Assembly: GCA_964016885.1 (NCBI GenBank)
Contig: OZ024753.1
Span: 4,588,001 to 4,652,000, forward strand
Source: Eledone cirrhosa
Lineage: Eukaryota
DNA length: 64,000 nt
Reading direction: 5' to 3'
In this document: piece after piece, positions 1 through 14,256 of the stretch
How positions within the stretch are numbered: the first letter of the stretch is position 1
How the letters are laid out: every line of letters begins with the position of its first letter
Made by a program: the position numbers and the translations under genes
Notes under the pieces: model-generated
The model's database searches: none
Seen by the model: only the letters and a program-made list of their open reading frames with translations
Told to the model about the DNA's origin: nothing

Positions 1-81
<81 letters not shown>

Positions 82-1134
82 GAGGAAGCGAATGGAAACA
101 ATGATTGACAGCATTGAATTATATGTCTTTATGTTCTGGGTTCATATCCTGCCGGGGTTAGCCTTGCCTTATACATATATATATTATATATATATACATG
201 TGTGTGTGTGTGTAATTGGGCGTGTGTCTGAGTGAGGAAAGTGCAATTTATTTTAATAAGTTAGATAAGCAACATACAAAATCTGCTTTATTAGAAAACC
301 GCGGCTTCATGGCTCATCATACGCGTATCAAATCGTGATAGCGAGATATATGGAAGAACAAGCAGATAAAACAAGATCAAATAACGGCTATAAGAGGCAG
401 GTAAAGACTGAAAGAACTAGATTTAATTGATATTCGAAGATATTGCATTACACAATTAGAATTGAAATTAATTTGCTTTTCATACAACACTGTGTAATGT
501 TTAAAAAGATTAAACATCTAAATATAATGTTTTACATTGTAAACAGGACTGAGCTGTGTTAAAACTATTAACTGTAAAGAATGATTTGTTAAATGGATTC
601 CAAACCTGCCATTGTATTATAAGATATACATGTATTCTGGTAGATGGCCGCGTAGGAGAAAATGTTGATAGACAGAGGCGTGAATTTTTATATCTTATAT
701 CCATCTATGATTTGATCTCATATAAATACTAGTACTCATATAGAAAATAAAAGTGTAAATTACTTGTAACATTGAAATATTTTTGCAGTAGAGTTATAAA
801 AATAGATGCATTTTTCTATTGTTTCGTCTTTAGTAATGTTCTATTGATGACATTTATACTTTGAGGCCAAATGTAAAGCTTGTGGAACAAGATTACTATA
901 GAATGATTATTTCAGAAATATTGAATAACAAAACACATTTTGTCTTGCACCTTGGAGATTAATTCAATTATATATATATATAGATAGATTTTGAGTTTAC
1001 GTTGGTTGTATACCAACACCTCAGTATGCAGACTGGAGCACTCGACGAGTGCGCAGGTTGGTTTGGTTACTCCGGAGTAATGTAAAATAAAGTTAAATAA
1101 AAAGTCAAATGTTTAAAATTTAGCTTTGTTTATT

Positions 1135-1189
1135 ACTGCTATATATATTTCAGTGACAGCCATCTTTGGCTGTGACCTCTTCAGGCAGT
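1135..1189 (-). ncRNA. Type I hammerhead ribozyme motif (minimal, PLE-type)
   Basis: The minus strand reads ACTGC-CTGAAGA-GGTCACAGCCA aaga TGGCTGTCACT-GAAA-TATATA-TA-GCAGT. It has a 5-bp stem I, an exact core, a long stem II, a palindromic stem III region and a UA cleavage site. Confidence 0.85.
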
Positions 1190-1314
1190 CCGAATTAGTG
1201 TAGTATAGACAAGTACATATGTACTTGAGGTGTATAATTTTGTCAATACTCTGATATGTTCAGTTCCTGGTTGGGTTGTTTGCTATATAGCAAACATTTA
1301 TATAATATAATAAT

Positions 1315-1498
1315 TGTTTCTACTTTAGGCACAAGGCCACCAATTACCCAGTGCATTACTGGTACTTTATTTTGTCGACCCCGTAAGAATGAAAGGCAAA
1401 GTCAACCTCGGCGGGATTTGAACTCAGATCGTAAAGGGATGTAACTATGCTGGAAAGCATGGCGTCCGACCCTCTATCGATACTGCCAATCCACCGCC
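1315..1498 (-). mobile_element. tRNA-derived SINE (main family in window)
   Basis: Reverse complement of GGCGGTGGATTGGCAGTATC...GAGTTCAAATCCCGCCGAGG...TTTGCCTTTCAT...GGCCTTGTGCCTAAAGTAGAAACA(ATT)n. A/B-box-like motifs are present and it is homologous to other copies in the window. Confidence 0.85.
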
Positions 1499-1499
1499 C

Positions 1500-1875
<376 letters not shown>

Positions 1876-3806
1876 AAATAGTGCGGATATGTATCTCTCT
1901 TAAATTATATTCTCTGGGAATATAAGTTAAGAAAATTGTTAATCTGTATTCAGTGCGACGTTGTACAACTCATAGTTGGGAATATTAATTAATACTATCA
2001 AAGCGAGAGCGTTTTATTTTTTCCTTATGCTGTCTTCCGTAGTTTTCTTCAAAGTTAATTTCATTGTTTACTGTATTTTATTTAGTACTGTCATGTCTGT
2101 GTTATTTTTGATTTTTGTTTTTCGTCTCTGGTTATTTTTTTTTTAGCTTATTATCTTGGGTTGCAGTAGTAAAAATTGTATGTATGACAGAGGAAAAAAT
2201 CAAATAAATAATAGCATGAATTGTGAGTTCAACTTGGATACAGACATTTTCTTGTGTCTCATAGCTAGATATTTTCGTTTCTCTACATTATCAAGATGTT
2301 GCGAATGTTTATGCGTTTTCAGATAAAACTTACTTTTGTATATCAATGGGTTAACTCTTACATTTACACAGACAATAATAACAAAATTGAGCATTTGTCA
2401 TACAACACGTGCAAGTAGATATACTGAAACCTGTACCTTAGAAAATAATTTGAAGGAAAATTGTCCAACTAATATTATTATTGTTCATATTTTGTGTTAT
2501 TCAATTTTGATAATCAATGAATTAGATGTGCTCCTGTCTGGCCTCTTCGGATTGGTTTCCACGGATACACAATGTTATAGGTTCATCCCACACCTACTAT
2601 GGTAGCCTGCAGGCCCATACGAAGAACGATATGATATGAAGGTTTATGTCCCATCTGACCATACTGTAGTTTAGATAATCTTTTTCAAATATCTTGAGGC
2701 TGTTTTCATGAGAAGGTTGAATTAAGTACAAGAATTGCAGGAGTTGGTTCGGTAGTGTGCCAGCTACGTCATTCGGTAATCCGAAAAAGGAAGGTCGGTG
2801 TAAAATACAAACATCATATTTTAATTTGGTATTCATGCCAACATTTACTTATGGTCATTAAACTTGGATAATGACCGAAGGTATATTATTGCGAATACAA
2901 TCGACCGAAATAGGGATCTCCCGAGCGGCTTTGGAGTAATGTTTCTGGATATAGTGAGTAGCTCAGAGATCAGAGAGATCACAGCTCCCATGCTACGGAC
3001 ATGTGTAAGGAAGGAAACGCTGGACAGATTTTGCATGCGTTATTCGTTTTTTTTTTTCTCGTCATTAACTTTGTCACAATCATCCTCAAAGCAATCATCA
3101 CCGTTAATAAAATCGGAATCATTCTACTTCCTCGTCATCAGTATTATCTACAACACATTCTTTACCACCAATGATATGGAGATTATCAACGCAAAGAAGG
3201 TTTACATTTGTAGCGTTGCTGTTATATGTTAATAAGATATGAAATTATTTAAGTACCACCAATACCACACAATAAGTAGCCACTTTATTTGACACCATTG
3301 CCACAAAACCATGTCCAGTAACAGTAGCCTTATCAGATCTACTAGAAGTAAAACCAATATCTATAGGAAGTTAACAGTATTCGTAGAGAAAGTAGACGAA
3401 ATTACGCCTTGAGGTAATAGTTTTGTTTCATGGTCACAAGTTAAATTCAATTTCACAGAAATCTGTCATTACAAACCTTTTAACATAGTACTTTGTTCTT
3501 CTTTTTTTTTCTTCTTCTTCTTCTTCTTCTTCTTCTACAACTAGGTCGTGATATACCTCCGGGTCTCTTGTCGGTTTTTTTTCGCCGTACAATCTGTCCA
3601 ACTATTCTTTTTTTAGACATTCTGAAGACATATCTGTAATATGGGAGCTATGATCTCTCAATTTGGAGGGGTAGCAGCTCAACTCGAAGTGACTCTTATA
3701 TCTCTCACTAAGCGAATAACCAGACATTCTTGCACATGTTTTTTTTTATTTGTAGAAAAAAATATAAAAAAGTAAATCATTAGGGTAAGGAGATCGAAAT
3801 TCGTCA

Positions 3807-3852
3807 GGGTGAAAGCAGCGATTATTTGCTTAAACCATAATCTGTTATTTTA

Positions 3853-3858
<6 letters not shown>
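3807..3858 (+). mobile_element. Fragment of the hammerhead-bearing element family seen at 48561-48946
   Basis: AGGGTGAAAGCAGCGATTATTTGCTTAAAC...TGTTATTTTAATAAA(TA)n matches about 48895-48946. Confidence 0.7.
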
Positions 3859-3899
<41 letters not shown>

Positions 3900-3929
3900 T
3901 ATGCATTTATATATATATATTTATGTACC

Positions 3930-3967
<38 letters not shown>

Positions 3968-3980
3968 CATATATATATAC

Positions 3981-4023
<43 letters not shown>

Positions 4024-4036
4024 TATATATATATAA

Positions 4037-4180
<144 letters not shown>

Positions 4181-5571
4181 AGATATTTATTCAGGATATT
4201 TATGCCTGAATAAATATCTCAATACATGCTATAAGTCTAATATTGACTGCAAATTATTGACAGTGGCTTCTTTAAAATGTCAGTTTTAAAGAGCCCCACC
4301 GGCTAAACACAATGTCAATCATTAAAAATTACAACATATTACACATGTACACACCACGCATGTATCCACACGTGTGTATGCGACTTACTGCATCTATACA
4401 TATGAAATGAGAGTGAGAGAGATACAGAGAGAGATAGAGGAAAACAGAGAAACAGACAGGAGAAATAGATTGATTGAAGGAGGTAGGGAGTGAATAAAAT
4501 ATTTTCGTTCTTCCTTGAAGCCTTTATTCTTTTAAAAAGATGTAAATTCCTGTAGAATGCGATATATAACGTTACGAGCATAAAAGCCTGAGAGGAGAAT
4601 ATAAACGATTCGAACGGGTTAAAAGGAAATCCTATTGCTGATGGGCTCCCAGATATTGCTTTAAAAGCAATGCTTCATAAGCTAAAGAGATGGGTAAGAA
4701 AACAATAGTATATCTATTTGAAAATTACTGTTATTTTACTGTAAAGAAGGCAGTGTTTCTATTACCAGAATTTATTAAAAAAAAAAGTTATTTATGTATG
4801 TTAGAGAGAAAATCAATGCTATTCGTGATATCAATGTGAAGAACTATAGACAACCGAATAAATTGTATAGCTAACAATAAATTATCAGTTCCTATATTAT
4901 CCAATGCATTGTGCTGTGTAGTATAAAAGCCATAAATTTACATACGTATGCTGTAGGCAGTGACATTATAACGTACTATTATCGTGGATTTTCTTACGTT
5001 TTCTGTGCGAAGTTCAATTTCTACTAACAGGAAAAATATTTGTGCAACACTACTATCCCATATAATATTAGCAATATAGGAATGAGAGTCGCGGCCATTT
5101 TGAAATTGTGGTGTGGGGAAAAACTACAAGTAAAGGAATGACATCTACGTCCTATGTATTCTAGAGCAAATATATTTAACCAGCAGCTTTGATTTCTAAT
5201 TCATATCTGAGAAATAATGAAAAAACCGTAAGAGGCATATATTTATATATTTCTGAGAAAGCAACAAAGTATAATTATTAAAATAAAAACTGTTTATTTT
5301 GTCTGTAGAAACATTAACGTTTTCCGCTTGTGTGTGCAGATAATGTTTAATTTATTACTTGTTTCAATTACTTAAGTTTCTCCTATGCTGGAGCATAGTC
5401 ATCATGGCTTTTAATCGTCTAAATAATCAATGTTACATCCTCTGGTTGGCTTTTCTTCGCTTGTCGTGAAATCTAAAAAGGCTGAAAATAAAGTACGCGG
5501 GACGGATGCAAATATCAAAAAAGAATGTTTTCACTATATATATATATATGACAAACTTCTACACACACCCA

Positions 5572-5635
<64 letters not shown>

Positions 5636-5774
5636 AAGGTTAAACAAGGTTCAATGAATAAATCAAAGAATAAAGTTTTACAATAGATTAGAAGCACTCC
5701 ACGGATGTGGTTTACCGGAGTTATTAATATTAATTCAAAATATTAACAAAAATAGACATTCGTGTGATCAAGTA

Positions 5775-5841
5775 TATTTTATTATACATATTTCAGAGGT
5801 ACAGAGCTATCTTCAACAGTACGTCCTCATCAGATAAAATA
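5775..5841 (-). ncRNA. Type I hammerhead ribozyme motif
   Basis: The minus strand reads TATTTTAT-CTGATGA-GGACGTACTG...CTGTACCTCT-GAAA-TATGTA-TA-ATAAAATA. Confidence 0.8.
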
Positions 5842-5930
5842 AGATGATGCATGACATACCCTGACTAAGTAGATGGTTAAAATTCAGTCATGACTGAATT
5901 TTAACCATCTACTTAGTCAGGCATCATATT

Positions 5931-5995
5931 GTTTTATCTGATGAGGACGTACTGTTGAAGATAGCTCAGTACCTCTGAAATATGTATAATAAAAT
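5931..5995 (+). ncRNA. Type I hammerhead ribozyme motif
   Basis: GTTTTAT-CTGATGA(5938)-GGACGTACTG ttgaagatagct CAGTACCTCT-GAAA(5977)-TATGTA-TA-ATAAAAT. Confidence 0.85.
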
Positions 5996-6094
5996 ATACT
6001 TAATCACACGAATGTTTATTTTTGTTAATATTTTGAATTAATATATATATTTTATATATATAGTATCATTGTTATTATTATTATTATTATTATT

Positions 6095-8410
6095 GTTCTT
6101 TGAGTCTCAGTCATTGATGTTATTTAACTGGAAAGTTTGTTGAAATGAATATCAAGCCACTACCTGCAGCCTCAGATATTCAGGACGTATCGGAGGGTTC
6201 TTGCTGTTCCCAGAAAGCATGCCTTTTGAAGTGTTCCAAAAAGCGGGGCTGGACTAATTTTCTTTAACCATCCTTGGAAACTCTTTGAGATAGTACCTAG
6301 TGTGCCTATGACAACCGGGACGACTCTGACTTCATGGCAGTTCCAAATCCTTTTCACCTCCTACTTTAAGTCCTGGTATCGGTTAATTTTCTCACTCTCC
6401 CTTTCTTGCACTCTCGTGTCAAATAGGCAGGCTACATCTACAAACAGGCATGATCTTTTTTCCTTGTCCAAAACCACCAGATCAAGCCTATTTGTTCTAA
6501 TTTCTTGTCCGTCTGTATCCTAAAATCCCACAGCACCTTCACCTGATCGTTTTCTATCACCGACTCTGGCTTATGCTCATAACACTTCTCAGAATGTGGT
6601 AAATTGTTTACTTTTCATAGATGCCAGTGGTTCACCTTCCCTATCATTTCATGTCTCCAGCCTTTATAGTGAGTCTGGGCTAGGTGTTTACACAGAATGT
6701 GAGCCACGCTCTCCTCTCTCTCCACAGATCCTACACAGTGAGCTAGCCTCCTCCTTGTCAATATGGTGTTTCACCCACTTCGTTCTGAGGGCTTGCTCTT
6801 GCGCAGCCATTAGCATTCCTTCTGTAGCCTTTTTAAGGTCTCCTCTTTTTAACCAGTTTCATGTCTGTGGATCTCTAAATTCCGTTTTCATGAAGGTTGT
6901 TCTTCCTCCTTGTTGTTATTTCTTCCTTGGACATCGCCTGGTCTATTGTCCTCTCCTTCATTCCTACTATTTAGATGTGTTTTAGTATGTTCCTTACTCT
7001 CCTTAGGTATTCAGATCTTATCAATTCCTTCATTGTTTTGTTCTTGATGCTATCTGCCTCCAGAACACCTAAATATCTGTATCCCTCTTCAGTGTCAATT
7101 TCCTGTATCATCTCACCTGTTGGTACCTTGATTCCTTTGCTTCTGCTCAAATCTACCCTCTATTATGTTCAACATCCTGCTTCCATATTCCTCTCCAGAA
7201 TGTTTTAGTCTGTTCCGCCTCAGGGATCACGTCGTTACCTCTTTCTTTCCCTTCAAGCTGTTCAAACAACATCTTCTGGCTGTTGTCAAACATGCGGTTC
7301 CGTCTATATTGACTAACTATGTTCTCATACCGCCTAATCTTTGCACTTTTTGCTACAATGCGTTGCTTCAGTTCCTCTATAATAACACTTAGCTCTTTTC
7401 TCCTAGTTTTGTATGTTATTGTCAATCTATCTTTAGTGTCTTTGTTTTGTAGTGTCCCATTCAGTAAAGATTCAAGCTTTCCAATGTCTTTTTTCATTTC
7501 CTGGATTTGACCATTCAGCCGTTTCTACCACCAAGGTTCTGATCTTTCTTGTTTGTTGTTTCCTCTCGTTTTTATGCCTAGTAATTTCCTCACCGCATTT
7601 GCTGTTGCTTTGAGGATATTTTTGCATTGGTGAAGGGTCCACGCCTCAAGGTATGGGATGACTTTGTTTACCTTAGTTGTTGTTTCTTTTAACTTTTTCC
7701 TGTCTACAAATCTTAGGTTCATAGGTTTTCCACTATCATTGTTCATTTCATCTACCACTAAGTTCATGATATCAACCAAATCTTGTCCTAGCCCGTCAGC
7801 ATTCATTTCCTCAATGGCCGTATCTTTGTTCCAGATGTTATTAATTTCAGCATTCAGATCATTGTCTGCTCCGGATGCTTCCTCGGGTCTCTCAACTTCT
7901 TCACCTTCATTTCTCACTGGCTCATTTGCCTGATATACTCCACTCCATTTCCAACTTAATCTCTCTGCTCAGTTCCTCCAGTTTCAACTCACTTATCCAT
8001 CCATTAGTTCTTATTACACTAGCCCGTCCGGCCAATTTTTGTTCACCTATCTTAAATAGACCAATCTCTTTCCAAATGTTATGCCTCCATTTCCTATAGC
8101 CTTTTTCCATGGAGTTACTCTTCAGGTAACATTTCATGACAGTTCTATTCAATTCTTTCGTCCAGTTGGTTCTTGTCCCATTCCTTCTTCTTCCTCCAAC
8201 ACCAGCAGTATTTGAATGACAGCTAGGTCCCTGCTGCTGCGCCAGGGAGCACTTGCTGGGTGAGAGTCTTTCACATGACGTTCCAGTCTCCTTTTCACCG
8301 TTATTTGAACTGTTTAGGTTCGACTTTTAAACACTCATATCGAGGATTGGTGAATTTAAGGTTACATCACCACCGGAGTTTTTTAGCGTGGCACCATCAC
8401 GTTGTAGACG
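6095..8410 (-). mobile_element. R4/Dong-clade non-LTR retrotransposon (RLE endonuclease), internally deleted and disrupted
   Basis: The N-terminal motif is NRTVMKCYLKS...GYRKW...IW...EQKLAGRASVI, followed by EPWW, ELKQRIVAKSAKIRRY and a YRYLGV remnant. It has a CCHC region and the RLE C-terminus VVPVVIGTLG...LQKACFLGTARTLRYVL. The 3' end runs into (AAT)n, most of the RT is missing, and there are stops and frameshifts. Confidence 0.9.
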
Positions 8411-8561
8411 GAAATAAATAAATAAATAAATAAATAAATAAATGAACAAAGACATAAAAAATAAAAATAAGTTTCATTGTAATGTTTGAATGTCTGACTT
8501 AGTTTTTTACTCTTTTGTTTTTCAAGGCCAGTGACATAGGTTACTAGTGTTGTTGCTGCTG

Positions 8562-8659
<98 letters not shown>

Positions 8660-8964
8660 TGTTGTTGTTGTAGTAGTAGTATGCTTTGTTCAATCAATCA
8701 TTTGTTTTCTTTTAGTGATACACGTGTTTTTTTTATTTTGTTTAGTTCGATCGTCATCAATCATCATCAAGAGCCCCCCCCCCCCCCCCCCTGATGCCTT
8801 ACAAAGCCAAAATACGTGCAAACACGTGCAAACACGTGTATACATACATACATACATAATTCACACATACACACACATACATACATACATACATACATAC
8901 ATACATACATACATACATACATACATACATACATACATACATACATACATTCATACATACATAC

Positions 8965-9501
8965 ATGATGACTGCCCCCTCGTTATAGAGTATGGCCATT
9001 GCAGGATATACCATTATTAATAATTATTAATTAATTCTATCGAGCAATGCCTGTGCGTGAAGATATTTTTTTAAGTGAGGAAAGACTGTGCACTGAGCCA
9101 ATCCCACTCTCTGAGCGACAGTAGCTATAACCCGGATAGAAGAAAAGATCAACATCATCGGTAACTACTGAGCCGCAGGTTTTATATCGGAGTTACCCAG
9201 TTTCCTGAATTGCCTTCTCCTAGAAGAATGCCCTGACAAAGGCTATGGGTCCTTCACTCCCAGTGGTTTAACCGCGCGGTACATGTGTATATACATATTT
9301 ACACACTTTCGGATGGCCGTTGACTCTTATGAGTTCTTCCGCCCTTTGTCAGGTTTTGTTTTTTGTCCTGCAGAGTGTCCAAAATCCTCCTCCTCACCAA
9401 GTAAACTTGGTGGGGGTTGCCGATTTAGTCGCCGACGACCCGACCATGCGACAGGTTGTATTGGGTTACATGTCACCAGTAGCACTCAAGAATGACCCGA
9501 C
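8965..9501. mobile_element. Probable short non-autonomous retroelement (RTE-UTR-like) inserted in (CATA)n
   Basis: A GC-richer 540-bp island flanked on both sides by (CATA)n. The resemblance to RTE-related UTRs is an impression only. Confidence 0.35.
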
Positions 9502-9502
9502 A

Positions 9503-9574
<72 letters not shown>

Positions 9575-10789
9575 GGGAGAGGGAGAGAGAGATTCGCATG
9601 TGGTTAATGTCTGAGTAAAAGGAATACTCAATACCAAACTGTCAATTTGTTATTTACTATATATTTACTATATTCTGATTGTACATATACATCTCGATAT
9701 CTTTTTATTACGAGAGTATAAGAGTATTTTAAATGAGTACTCGATACAAATTAGTAGAGAATATATAGAAGAATTTAACTGTTATATTAATAGTTTCTAA
9801 TCATAATTTCCTGATTAGTTAGGTCATTTCTAATTGACTGAAGCGCAGGTTTTTACACATGATGCTTACGTACTAAATTTCACAAAAAAGATTCACCATA
9901 ATATCAGGCATAGTCCAGGTCTGTGTATTTCTCATTCATTCGGCAGATAATATTTTGCTTTTTCTGTTTCTCTAACTAAAATTGTGTTTTTGTCTACCTG
10001 ACTACCTGTTTCCATTTTTGAACACCTCTCATAGTGATTTCTGGCTCAGTTCTGCACACTTCAGTTATAGATATAATTCGATGCTTCGCTGTTAATCGCT
10101 GCCGCCGAAGATATATGCAGGATTCAAAAGCTGCTTTGAATCGATGTTCACACACAGTCTCTTTGTATTCGTTTTAGATAAAGGCGATTCATATCACTAC
10201 TGTTTTATTTAAATTTCTTAGGGTGTTTAATGTTCTTCCGGTTTCAAACATCAATGGTTCGGCTCTCATCTAACATCAATCAAGTAGATCAAATGGTAAT
10301 ATTCGCACAACAAACATATTGAGTCACTGATTTATTTTATATAGAGAGCTTCCACGTATGTATGCATGCACGTACGTGCGAACGTATATATGCATGTAAG
10401 GATGTATGAATGTATGTTTTACGTGTGTATAGATATAAGTATCAATGTAGATGTATATATATATATATGACTTTATATAAGTATGTAACTAAAATAAGAA
10501 TCCCCTATTACGTGTAAGAGTTAGTAGAAGGGACATAATTATCAATAGACCATGCGATTCACCAAAGTTGATGAATGTTTTGTTCGTTCAAATACAGATA
10601 GTGCTCTCATAGTTTATCCAATCTCTTTTTATATAAGTTCTACTAACTCAGCAACAACACAGACGAGATAATGAGAAATACTATATTTACGCTTCAGAAA
10701 TATGAACAGGAATTTCATGAAATCGTACACAATAGATCGTAGTAGTGTTGTAGATATATCTATATATCACCAGGATGTTACGTAAACAT

Positions 10790-10829
<40 letters not shown>

Positions 10830-10896
10830 GTTTTTGCAACAAAATTTTAGAAGGATATCCCCAGTTCGACCTCCTCTTATTTTAATCAAATTGTAT

Positions 10897-10933
<37 letters not shown>

Positions 10934-13286
10934 CATATATATATACACACATATATATGCAAGCATACCTACCTACATACATACATATATACATACATAC
11001 AAAGGTATGTGAGGTCACGTGTATATGCGACTCTGTTTAAATACGTATACAGGAAGACACCCCTTATGAATATATCGAAATATTATCACAGAAAATGACA
11101 TGCACGTATGAATATTTCTCTGTGAATGTATTGCACTCAATATTTAAGAACTCAATATTAAGTTTATCAACGTACTGTGTTTAATGTTCTTCAATGAATT
11201 GAATAATCTTGAAATGGAGAGATTTATTGCTTGCATACGGCGGAGCATACTGATAAGGTGGAACGTGAAAATAAATCAGCGTATATTTTCAGATACTATA
11301 ATTCATAGGGGTTACCAAATATATATTCGATCGTTCCTAATGGATACTTTACCGAACAATTTCTCCCGGAGAAATATATACGTTGGAGTAGCGAATAAAA
11401 TTATATGTATGTATATATAGATATGGATATCTATATATGTGTGTGTGTATGTGCGTGTGTGTATGTATGGGTGTGTGAATATATGTGTGTGAATATATAA
11501 ATATGTGTGTGTATCTACGTATGTATTCATGTATGTATATGATGGAATTTGTACAAAGGTCAAAGTAGTATAATCTTTCTGATATTCACCATTGAATAGC
11601 TGAGATAGCTGAAAGTGAAATTTTGTAACATTTATTAAGTGTTCCTATATAATTCCTGTCTATTCACATATTTTGAACTCAAAAGCACATCGATATTTTT
11701 GTCAATTTATGAAGGTTTAGAGAGAATGGGCTTGGATAATCATTAGAATACTGGCTTAAAAGCCAAAGAGTCAATGGTTTTGATGCCACGGCTATAATAT
11801 GCCCAATGGCAAGCAACGTAACTATTATTTTCATAATCTACTCATCGTCGAATAAGTAATTCGTACATGTACAAATCACTTCAACAAGTAAATGGGGGAC
11901 ACTATAAATTCATTGGGTTTTATCGACTTGAAAGGCTTCCTAAAATGTTAGCATGAATAATGTTTTAGAAAAGAACTGCAATGAAATACACACATAGTTA
12001 TGTTTGCCGACTTAACCTAAAAAAAAAAGAACATGAATATTATTCTATATCTTGCACTTGGATACATTAAATCAATATTAATGTTTCACTAGATTAATAT
12101 TTACGTTGGCTATTCCGCCAATTATATAACTAGCTAAATATAAGTTAAATCTTGACGAGGTTAAAACTAGGCAAATTTAGAGTAAATTGAAATGGCATTA
12201 ATTTTCTAAGAGAGGTTAAACAGATCTAGACAGAGGACTGACTTTGCATTAAATCTTAATTAGAAGTTTCAGCTCTGCAAACTTGTCTTATCACATTCGG
12301 ATAGTTTTTGCGTCGTTCAAGAAAGGACTGAGATCAAATATATCGATAGAAAGCTTAAAGCACAAAACATCTCTACGAAAGGACAATGAAATAGACGCTC
12401 ATTGATTTGATGAGCGTTGTCAAATTGTGGAAATCGACCTAATGGTACTTTTTTTTATATCTGTTTGATGCTATTTCCGTTTGAAACTTATATAAGGCCA
12501 GAGCAGAGACCATCAACAGCTGAGTACCACGAATCGCATGAGGGGTGCACAATATCATATGTGGGATAGAAATGTAAATACAAATGTGAATATCTAGTTA
12601 GCCATCTATTTAGCAGAATTCAGCATATAGATAAGAGATCATTTTTATTGGTAAATCTACGTTAGACAAATGACATTTCAAGTAAATAATTTTGATTTAT
12701 ACCTACATAATAGAACCAGTAGGTCACAATACATTTACTTTATCCGAAGCCGAAAGATGTGTTTAGATACTGTGGTATAAATATATGAGGAAGTTCTTCA
12801 CTTATAGTATTAATTCTAACTTCGAAGGCGTGAATTATGTTAAACATATATTCGTAATTTTCTCCAACTGAATAAAGGATACCAACAAGACATCGATAAT
12901 GCAGATCATTATACAAACAAACGAGGAAGAATGAATCTATTCTGGTGGGTCATTAATTCAGTAGATATACGCCTCTAATGACGTGCAAAGACAAACAGAT
13001 TCTTTATACAGATGAAGGATATACGACAGATAGAATGATGGGAAAACTATAATGACTGAAATTATATGCCTGATACACGCAATCATCTGTGTCGCTACTA
13101 CTCTCGATTTCGTTCATTCGCCATCGCGCACTCTGTGTCTCTTTATATACACACACACTCACACACACACACTCACACACACACACTCACACTCACACCA
13201 ACTCACACACACATGCATAAATATATATATATATATATACATATGTGCGTTTGTGTGTATCGAGAAAAAGGGGAGATACACACGCA

Positions 13287-13362
<76 letters not shown>

Positions 13363-13949
13363 TTGTTAAGTTTATGAGTATAGATGTGCATGTTTGAAGT
13401 ATGTATGTGTTTGTGTATCTCTCTGTTTATGTATATAGATAATGAACACCGCGTTAGAGAACAGAAATCCTGGTTGAACTTCCGCCTAAGCACACAAAAC
13501 ACACATAAATATATCTATTTCGTTCTCATTGATTTACAGATGAAACTTCAGATATAATCAGGCTGTCGTAAATACATATAGATAACCATGTATATTATGG
13601 ACATAAATATATTATAACAGTATGTATAATGAAATCATTAAAAAGAGTAAATAAATAAATATATATATATATATATTCATGCATTTTTTTAATTATTTCA
13701 TTCATTATAGTGTGGCCATAGTGGGGCAACGGCTTAGTTTAATCGATGATATCAATCCAAGTACTTTGATTTTCAATCGTTGTAGATATGTATATATTTT
13801 ATCGATCTCTTTTTTGTCGCAATGGTAAGGTACTGAACATAATCATACACTGACACACACAGACGCACAGTCACAGAAACACACAAACTGACACCCACAC
13901 ATATATATATATATATATATGTATCTATCTATCTACCTATCTCTCTCTA

Positions 13950-14066
<117 letters not shown>

Positions 14067-14073
14067 GTATATA

Positions 14074-14150
14074 CAGAGAGTCCCCCAAAAATGTATACAC
14101 ACTTTTATTAGAGTGCTGTTGAAGTGTCTATACATTTTCGGGACACCCTG
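14074..14150. mobile_element. Tiny Tc1/mariner-type MITE
   Basis: Imperfect ~30-bp TIRs (CAGGGTGTCCCGAAAATGTATAGACACT on the minus strand; CAGAGAGTCCCCCAAAAATGTATACACACT on the plus strand), flanked by TA. Confidence 0.7.
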
Positions 14151-14205
14151 TATATATATATATATATATATATATACATCCATATATATATATATATATA
14201 TACAT

Positions 14206-14256
<51 letters not shown>

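Larger units (their letters stand above)
5632..6044. mobile_element. Fold-back (head-to-head) PLE pLTR/retrozyme-like element in (TA)n
   Basis: Inverted repeat centred at 5890/5891 with no spacer. The left arm extends to the element 3' end and the right arm is shorter with a ~10-bp deletion. A non-palindromic copy lies at 53440-53704. Confidence 0.8.

Noticed and set aside
295-322. Minus-strand ATGATGA-GCCAT-GAAG-CCGCGG-TT hammerhead-like string
   Set aside because: Two core mismatches, no stem II and no stem I. At best a heavily decayed relic.
2845-3232. Overlapping ORFs and an acidic reading frame on the minus strand
   Set aside because: Frameshifted, with no recognisable motif. It may be an old transposon relic, but this cannot be supported.
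5090-5102. YY1-like GCGGCCATTTTG (also CGCCGCCATTTT near 56137)
   Set aside because: Isolated motifs without other promoter evidence.
9380-9500. Possible HDV-like ribozyme at the end of the RTE-like island
   Set aside because: I could not build a convincing nested double pseudoknot by eye.
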